Source: Octopus bimaculoides (lineage: Eukaryota). From it: DNA of 60,597 nucleotides. The notes under the pieces are model-generated. The model did no database searches. It saw nothing but the letters and a program-made list of their open reading frames with translations, and was not told the origin of the DNA. Position 1 is the stretch's first letter, and every line of letters begins with the position of its first letter. The DNA lies in NCBI RefSeq assembly GCF_001194135.2, contig NC_068995.1, positions 43,577,192-43,637,788 on the forward strand, written 5' to 3'. Positions 52,132-60,597 of this stretch are shown one piece after another. A program made the translations under genes and the position numbers.

Positions 52132-53546
52132 GTAAGGTGAATTTCATATAACCAATTAACTTATCATTAGACATTTTACAGCTGTTTCTGGGATATCCTA
52201 AGGGATAAGTTAGCATTTCCATACACTGAGTATTCCGTCATCAAAGACAAGGTCAGTATGTATGAAAGTTCTAGAGAAGGAATTCACAAAGGAATAAAAT
52301 AGCAGATAGAAGAATAAAGAGTAAAACAGTAGATAGAAGAATAGAAACACGAGGAATAAAGTCCACAGCTCATATGCTTCTGGAGGGTGTGGAGACTGAT
52401 CCGTACTTCAGTGGAGGTATAGGTCCTTATATAGCCCACGCAGTATTTTGGCAGTATTTTGAAAGTTGCGTTCATGTTAAAAGAATAGAACAAGTGGTTA
52501 GCTAGTATGGCAATGGTCCATGTGTATATAAAGAGTGAGAAAGACAGATATTATGATAGATAACTGTTGTGAGTGAGTGAATAGAGGAGAGAGAAGAAAG
52601 AAAGGTAAGAAAACAATGGGTTAGGTGCGGGAAAGAATATGTCAGTATTAATCTTTGCTATGATCGGTTGGGGATACGAAATCGGGGGGCATTAAGGTTT
52701 TAGTAAATTAGAGGAGGCAGGCATTAATTAAATAGGGGAATTTAGGTTCGGTGTGGTCAGAAAGAATATTTAGTTCGTTGGCCACTAAGGATACCTAAAA
52801 ATAGATTGAGAAAAGTAAATGCCTAACCCAAGGAAGTGTATATAGGATTAAATATACAATTAAATAGAATAAAAGATGAAAAAAATAGAGAATTAAAATT
52901 TTAAAAGATTATAGATTAAAAATTAATAGAAAAATTATTGCAGCTAGTTTCTAAGATACTTATGCTGCTGATAGATGAAAGAGAAAAAAGTGCGTATATT
53001 GTAACGACCGTGGATGTTTAGAGGCAAGTGTTCTGTGTGTTGATTTTGCTTTTATTTCGACCTGTAAACTTATGTTTACATGTAGAACATGCTTCGTGCT
53101 GTTTATTGAGTAAGTGTGGAGAATCATGAATTAATATTTGGGGGCTTCTTTCAGGCAGAGTCTGACCTTGGTATGAGACACCAGAATCTATTAAGGCGCA
53201 GGTATTCCTATATGGTATTTTTCTGTTTATCAGATTGTGTATGTATTTAGCTAGGGACGTGGATTTGCTATGCTCCTAATATTTGAATGAGTTCAGGTAT
53301 GCAGAAAAATTCTGTTTAAAATCAATAGTTGACTGTTTTACTCTTTATTCTTCTATCTATTTTATTCCTTTATGAACTGTGAATTCCCTTTTTAGGACTT
53401 TCGCACATACTGACCTTGTATCTGATGACGGAATATCCACTGTATGGAGATGCTAACTCATCACATAGGATATCTCAGAAACAACTGTAGCATATCCAAT
53501 AATTAGTTGATAAATAAATTAATTGATTACCTCAAATTCACCTAAC
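52132..53546 (-). mobile_element. Penelope-like element relic: GIY-YIG C-terminal remnant with inverted pseudo-LTR copies
   Basis: The minus strand at about 53300-53050 reads LNSFKY*EHSKSTSLAKYIHNL...RLCLKEA / ILIHDSPHLLNKQHEACSTCKHK, matching the Penelope C-terminus (ST.L.KYI..L, LCL.E, LNK..E..S.C.H). Segments 52132-52330 and 53332-53546 are reverse complements of each other, and each has a hammerhead core. Confidence 0.8.
53422..53489 (+). ncRNA. Degenerate hammerhead motif in the inverted pseudo-LTR
   Basis: CTGATGA-CGGAATATCC...GGATATCTCA-GAAAC-AACT-GTA. The counterpart on the minus strand at 52177-52244 reads TTGATGA...GAAAC-AGCT-GTA with a palindromic loop. Stem I is imperfect in both. 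Confidence 0.55.
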
Positions 53547-53587
53547 CCTAAGTAAATATTGCAAATGACTTTCTGTTGTTCTTTTCC

Positions 53588-53626
<39 letters not shown>

Positions 53627-54012
53627 CCTAAAATTTCATGGAAATTATGTTGCTAACTGCGAATAAAAATTAAATGCGTGGGCTACATGTACAGCATAAA
53701 GAGTTTTATAACGAAAGTCATTAATGTTACGTTATTGCAGGACATAAATTTGCAAACTCCTTGATATGTGGCGAAATATCACTGGCACAAACTTGCATAT
53801 ATTAATAAGCAAATACATAAACAAATAATAAAATATGCATTAAATTTGCCGTGCATGTGCAAGCATAAATATGCATATAAATACGCAATTGCGCGTGGGG
53901 GCATGTACACGCACAGATACATTTACAAAGAAAGAGAAAGACAGAGAGGGAGAGGGAGAGAGAAGCAGATAAAGATAGACAGAGAGTGAAAGAGACGAAG
54001 ACACAAAAAAGC

Positions 54013-54069
<57 letters not shown>

Positions 54070-54095
54070 CATACATACATACATACATACATACA

Positions 54096-54123
<28 letters not shown>
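54013..54123. repeat. (GATA)n(CATA)n compound microsatellite
   Basis: Direct reading. Confidence 0.96.
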
Positions 54124-54130
<7 letters not shown>

Positions 54131-54239
54131 GTGTATGCATTGCCTGCGTTTGAGTACATAACTATGTCCGTACTGATATGTATATATACATATGCATACA
54201 TTCACACGCACGCATATATATACTTATGTATTGAGAATG

Positions 54240-54299
<60 letters not shown>

Positions 54300-57147
54300 T
54301 ATACATACATATACACGCATGCTCGCGCACACGTACATGAGTGTACGTACACATATCCATATACATGTATGCATATATACATACGTAGATACTGTGATGT
54401 GAATCGGGTGTACTTACAAAAGCACGTGCGTATATTTTATATGAAGTTATCCTTCTTTATATTCCATGTTCTCCAAGTTGATGCGTGTGACAGGGATATA
54501 CATAAATGCATGTACTGTTAGCTGTCATAGAGCAGAGAAAGAATAAAAATGGATTGCATTGAAGAATACTGTGGCGCACGTGGGATTTACTTTTCAAGGG
54601 CTTTTTCTGCATAATGACCATGAAACCACTCAAGTGAAAGCTGACCATAAAGGTTCCGATTTGCATCTATAATTTGACATATAACTGGAGATTTTATCGG
54701 CTTATATTTTATGTTCAATTTTCAGGGAAATGGACTAAATCTATAGATGTTATAACTGGTGAAACATTTGATAAAATACTTTTCCTGTTTGTAATATTTA
54801 TTATCTTTACATTTTCCCTATCCCTTTTCCTACTTTCCCTTTTATCTTTTTCCGAAATAGCATAAGAAGCTTTTCCGAAATAGTATAAGAACGTGTTTAT
54901 AGTCCCTGTATAACGGAAATAAAGTATTTAATATTTGCCTTTTTTAATTTGACTTGGATATAAAACATGATATATTGCTGCTTTGTAAAATGATATTGTG
55001 GAAATATGCCTTAGCAACCTAGCTTGCACAAAAGAACGATGTTCCGTGTACGCCTCATAATACGTTGGATTAAATACACTGAAGAAACAAGGACTAACAT
55101 AAAACCCTTTCAAATGAACAGCAGCTGGGAGAAGATAGCATTCGAGTTGTAAACGAATTAGTTTTAAAAGCTACCGAATTAAAATCTACTGTGGTATCTT
55201 TGCACCTCACCAATTTCATACGACTTTCAAAACAAAGTGTTGTTAGACACTACTTATTAAGATGGTTATGAAAATTTCACTCACAACAGAAGTTTCCTTA
55301 AGAAAATAATTGAATAAATTTATCGAAGCTGAACACCAAACTTTTGTTCATAATATAGAATTCTGAATAGACTAGGCGGTGAGATAAGCAATAGGCGTGA
55401 TTAAACAGTTTCTCTAATGTGAATAACAACAGTTCTAATAGATTTCTATTTTAAAATATCTTCTTTGACAGACGTTTACTTTTCTATGTTTCCAGACAAT
55501 TGATAATGCAATTATTTTGTAGAAGTCTCTTTATATCGATATGTAATAAGCAAAATTATATTTATAACGTATTTTGAGTAACGATACAAGCTGAAAGAAG
55601 ACATAAATGTTTTCATAGAGTTGAAGCTTTACTTTTCGGGTGGGGATCGAGAAAATTTAGCGATAAACACCTAGCTGTTGACAGATAGCAATTCTGACAT
55701 CTTAATTTCATATTTTGAAGGAGAAAATAAATGCAGCATCTTTTTTACACCATCCATAGAACTGTGATATAATTAAATAGAAACTCACGTAGTTACGTCT
55801 AAAAATACTAAGAGAACAGTTTTGCACCACTATTCTCTGTGTTACACATAAATACTCTCTCTGTATACACAAACACATCCACACATACGTGTGTGTGTGT
55901 TTGTGTTTCTGTGTGTATGTTTGTGTTTCAGTGTGTGTGTTTGTATGCGTGTGTGCGCGCGCGCATGTATGTGTTTGGTGTAGTGTGGAATTTATTATTT
56001 GCATGCGACATGGCAATTAACAAACAAAAATAAGTTGTGAACCAAAGCAAATACTTTCTCATAAATCGCAGCGAAAATAAATTACATTGGAGCAGCGTGT
56101 GTCAGATTAGACATCAAGATATACGTTATAGATGATGCCATTCTCTAACAACGATATATTTGTCCTACTATATTCGTAATTCGAAAGAAAATGCCATTGA
56201 CTTGTGTGTAATTGAAATTGGCATTCAGCATAGCGATCACTCAGGTATATTATGTAGCAGAGAAGGACATTACTTGAAGAGCTCTAACTTTCTAAACAGG
56301 AATCATTAAACATGAAAACACATTCTCCTTATCAAATGAATTGTCAGTTTGCAGGAAAGACAATGATACATTTTATGGAGTATATTGTGTAGTTCCTACT
56401 TTCTAATTATTAAAGGAATTAAATGAAGAATTATAAACGAAAAAAAGCATTCGATAAGAATGAATAATAATTGTTTCAAATATCATTCTCATCATCTCCT
56501 TTTTGTTTCCAAGAATTTCTGTCTCCGGTGAAGAAATTCCTGTGGCGTGGTTTTGATTTGGGTGCATAGCTGCTTGCCAGGAAATGAGACATGCATTGCG
56601 GTCTTGAAGGTATCCTCTGTGGAACATCTGAGATGCGACGGGCAGGATCAAGCAACAATATCTGGTATTAGCGAGAGCATTGCTTGAGCAGCTCTTTTAT
56701 CGTCACTCCTTTTGGCATTGCACACTTCTGGTAGTTCGGTAATTGAGATCAAGAGTATTCATCCATTTATACTCCTGTTTATAACTTTGAGTAACTGTAT
56801 ATTTCGAGATATTCCCATATATATATATATATATATATATATANNNNNNNNNNNNNNNNNNNNNNNNNNNNNNNNNNNNNNNNNNNNNNNNNNNNNNNNN
56901 NNNNNNNNNNNNNNNNNNNNNNNNNNNNNNNNNNNNNNNNNNNNNNNNNNNNNNNNNNNNNNNNNNNNNNNNNNNNNNNNNNNNNNNNNNNNNNNNNNNN
57001 NNNNNNNNNNNNNNNNNNNNNNNNNNNNNNNNNNNNNNNNNNNNNNNNNNNNNNNNNNNNNNNNNNNNNNNNNNNNNNNNNNNNNNNNNNNNNNNNNNNN
57101 NNNNNNNNNNNNNNNNNNNNNNNNNNNNNNNNNNNNNNNNNNNNNNN

Positions 57148-57211
<64 letters not shown>

Positions 57212-57249
57212 AGTGACAGAGTGTGTTCTTTATCTTTTTTATCTTTCTT

Positions 57250-57430
57250 AGTCATTTATTTATAGTCATGCTGGAGCACAGCCTTGAAGCACTTTGAGTC
57301 GAATGGATCAACACCGATGCTTATTTTCTTTTTAAGCCTAGTACTCATCATATTGGCCTCTTGGCCGAACCGCTAAGTTATGGAGGTTTAAGCAAACCAG
57401 CACAGACTTTCAAACGGTGTTGTTGGACAA
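57250..57430 (-). mobile_element. SINE family D, 3' half
   Basis: CATGCTGGAGCAC...AAGCCTAGTACT...GCCGAACCGCTAAGTTATGGAGG is the reverse complement homolog of 112-240. Confidence 0.65.
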
Positions 57431-60400
57431 ACACGCGCAGATATATTTTAGATGCTTCCTTTTTTTCAAAACCGAACTGCGCATGTTATTTTTCACTTTA
57501 TTATAATCATCTTATAATCATCTTTAGTAAGTGCTCAAAAAGTAAATTTCATTTTCTAATGCTATAAATCTGGTCGAAGTTCAAACAGTAACACCAATAC
57601 GAACGATGACAATGATGTTAGTGATGGTTATGATCACGATAATGAAGACTTATTTTATTGCTCAAGTCGTTGAGAAGAGTACAAAAACAAAATACATTTG
57701 GAAACAACGACAAAATTAAACAGGAGTATTCTGTTTAAATTTGCTCCTGTTTACCAATTAAAATGGAAGGTGAACAATAAAAATTAAACACATCAATAAA
57801 GAACAACATAAAGAAATAAAGAACAACAAAGCAAAAATAGTAAGAAGCAATCTTCGGGATGGAGGGGGCAACCATGCATGATACGCACACACAATTCTGT
57901 ATTGTCAAGTCTAACCAAAGTCAATGTCTCCTAATTCTTGCCGTCATTTTACATCCAAAAAATTAATGTATCCTCATCCAGTTACGTCACATTTTCCACT
58001 CTCACCCATCAAATTTACTTCAGGACAGTAAACCCCTTCCTATGCAAACAAGTCATTCTCCTCATGCTGTACTAGGAAAAGTTAATCAATTTTTGAAGTA
58101 AGATGATCTGTATGACCAGTGACTATTTTTTGCCTACATGTGATTGTTCGATCTTAATGCTAGATTTGGTTGATAGCTGTATAGTTACGTATAAGATAAC
58201 ATCTGTAGTATCAAATACCTGAGGCGCCAGTAGTCTGATTTCCATCGTAATCGTTCTATAACGAAGAATAACTACGGATAACCTCATGGCCTTTCAGCTG
58301 ATTAGGAGTTAGAAGCACATGCAATACCACACTTTCCCTGCGTGCACTTCATTTTCCCAGACAGTTCAATGAAAGCAAATGCGAAGCCAAGGTCAACAAA
58401 AATAATAATGTCTTTGGTTTTGAATCTGGTTTTCTTTTTCTGCTGCACATATACTATTATACAAGCATTTTAGCAAGCATTCTTCCTTCTATTTTTGAGG
58501 TAACCAATGCGAGAAAATATTACAAATAACCGACCTCAGAATTATACAGAGTTAAATATAACAATGTCACGGCAAGCCTCTTCGTTCCGCCCCAGGGGAA
58601 TTTGAACGGATTCGTCATTAATCTGAAAGCTTTTTTCAGTATTCCAGAATATTACGAAATGGGGAACAAGAAAGGTTTTCATCGTGCTAGAATCCTTTAA
58701 TTCGAGAGCATTGTTGACTCCAACTAACACCACCACTAACACCAGCAACAATAATAATTCCTTCTTATTAGCTGCTGAGGGCAATGTCATTAAAACTATT
58801 CATAATTAGAATTTGTGAAACGTTAGAACCCGCTGACTTTACAAAAACATGAGATGATCACTTATACAAATTTATATAATACTTGGGGAGTGGTATCAGG
58901 CCCGCTATAAAAAGAAACACATTAAAAACTGCCTAGAATAAAAATCCGATGATCATAAAACTATAGAGAAGCAGAATAATCAACATATTTAAAAATAAGC
59001 AAACAAACAGTTACATACATGTGAGTAACAAACAGTAAAATAGAGAGTTTCACGCTTCTATCTCCTGCTGCTGTAGACTTGAACTTCATGCACCAAAACG
59101 TGACCTTCAATCACATTCTTAATAAGAAACAGAAAAAATAAAACATTCCATATTTTCCGCTTCTCACTAAATGTCTACCGATTGCGATTCTCTTGTATTT
59201 CGAACCTCTTTGGTTTTAGTTGATTTAGACAAGGAGTTGTGCAAAGCGAGTAACCTCGTTGCCTTATACTGTTACTATTAGTACCATGGTGAATTCGGTC
59301 TGTTTTCGACCTAATGCAAATTTCATATTAATGTCTTTCTCTTGATCTGTTTTACAAACATGTTGGTGGCAGGCTTTACCTTACACCTGTTCCAATATCT
59401 TTCCACTTTACACTTCAACGGTTTATATAACAGTTCATACAGTCACCATACTATAGATCGGCAGAATAGAGCAGAACTTATGGTTATCACCTCTTACACC
59501 GAGAATGAGGAACATTCTTTAGCTGACTGCATAGCTACAGCTGATTATATTAAAAGTGATCCCACTGGAGTAGTAGTCTCTGAGACTCCTTATTACCGGT
59601 ATATACCATTCGTGTTTTATATCTTGCCCTTTCACTATCACTATTTTTTTGTACCAGATGGACAATGTGACTTGCGGTTACTTTCCAGGACATAGTATAT
59701 GATGAATTCCTCTCTGTTCTACAGAATTATAGCCGATGGGGCTCTGGAGTTGTGGGGATTACTGCTCTCTCCTGTCATTTCTCTTTTACCTTTCCAGCTC
59801 TGAAGAGCAAACGTACCTGAAGTGCATCTTGCTATCATAACTGTCACTTCTGATTCTGTTAACATATCTAGTCAGCCTCGTTCTCTTTATGTCTAAGTCT
59901 TCATAATGAACACAGCACCAGTATGATTCGGTCGCATTTAGGATTCGTTATTCTCTTGTTATCTAATAACCACGCATTTATTGTTTATTCTTCGCACACT
60001 TCACTCACACTGCGATACGAATGTCAAAACTAGAATGATCGACGTTCTGACTCATCTTTGCATTTTATGGTCTAACTTATTGATGTATAACAAGTTGGGG
60101 CGGACAGGTATCTTACAATTTCATTTTCTGTCGCTGTTACCGTGTCTAAAAACAATTATAGAGCTCTTTAAGCTTTACCACGTTGGATGGCAGTGATTGC
60201 TTTCAGCATATCAGACAATACCTCGTCTAGCTTCTCTGATAAAAAGCAACCAAAATACTCTACCACATTTTCATGTTAACAGAAATGTAACTTTGTAATT
60301 TGTTTGGGCAAGGACAAGCTGTGTGGCCTAAAGTAACTTTGTCAGAAAATTGCTTTATGCACAAACTTAAACATGTCGAATCTATATCGGCGAAAGGATT

Positions 60401-60597
60401 TCGTCTTTTTATTTTGGTGTTGTCTGTGAGTGTAAATAACATTGATACTGTTGTTCTCGCTAATAAAAGAATCGTTAACATTACAAAGACCAACCATGGT
60501 TTAATGGAATTTCCATTACTCCTCATATACTATTCTTGTGTGCGATATGTGTCTATATACATGTTTTATATAATGCACGTTCATATATATATATATA

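Overview
Eukaryotic, AT-rich, microsatellite-saturated genomic DNA from a gapped short-read assembly (10 N-runs, about 4.3 kb). The SINE, LINE and transposon complement looks like a cephalopod, most likely Octopus. This is pattern recognition, not a database result. I found no host protein-coding gene, rRNA, true tRNA gene or CRISPR array. Almost all ORF-track entries are translations of microsatellites or N-gaps. The real coding remnants are all transposon relics: a Tx1/L1-type LINE piece, many R4/Dong-type pieces, an RTE-group RT piece, a Penelope-like element (PLE), two mariner relics, a Tc1 relic and a TIR-bounded DD37D (maT) element. At least four tRNA-headed SINE families are also present. 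The most notable observations are: (1) a (TAA)n microsatellite at 27.5-32 kb that has collected same-orientation R4/Dong 3' ends plus a non-coding ~560 bp element; (2) a Tx1 LINE flanked by (TATC)n whose probable 3' tail is shared with one SINE subfamily; (3) several minimal hammerhead-ribozyme motifs in PLE termini, some with intact helices but non-canonical cores; (4) a PLE with inverted terminal copies; (5) a 65 bp inverted, locally templated insertion inside a SINE. None of this establishes a new biological system. These are testable observations about mobile elements.
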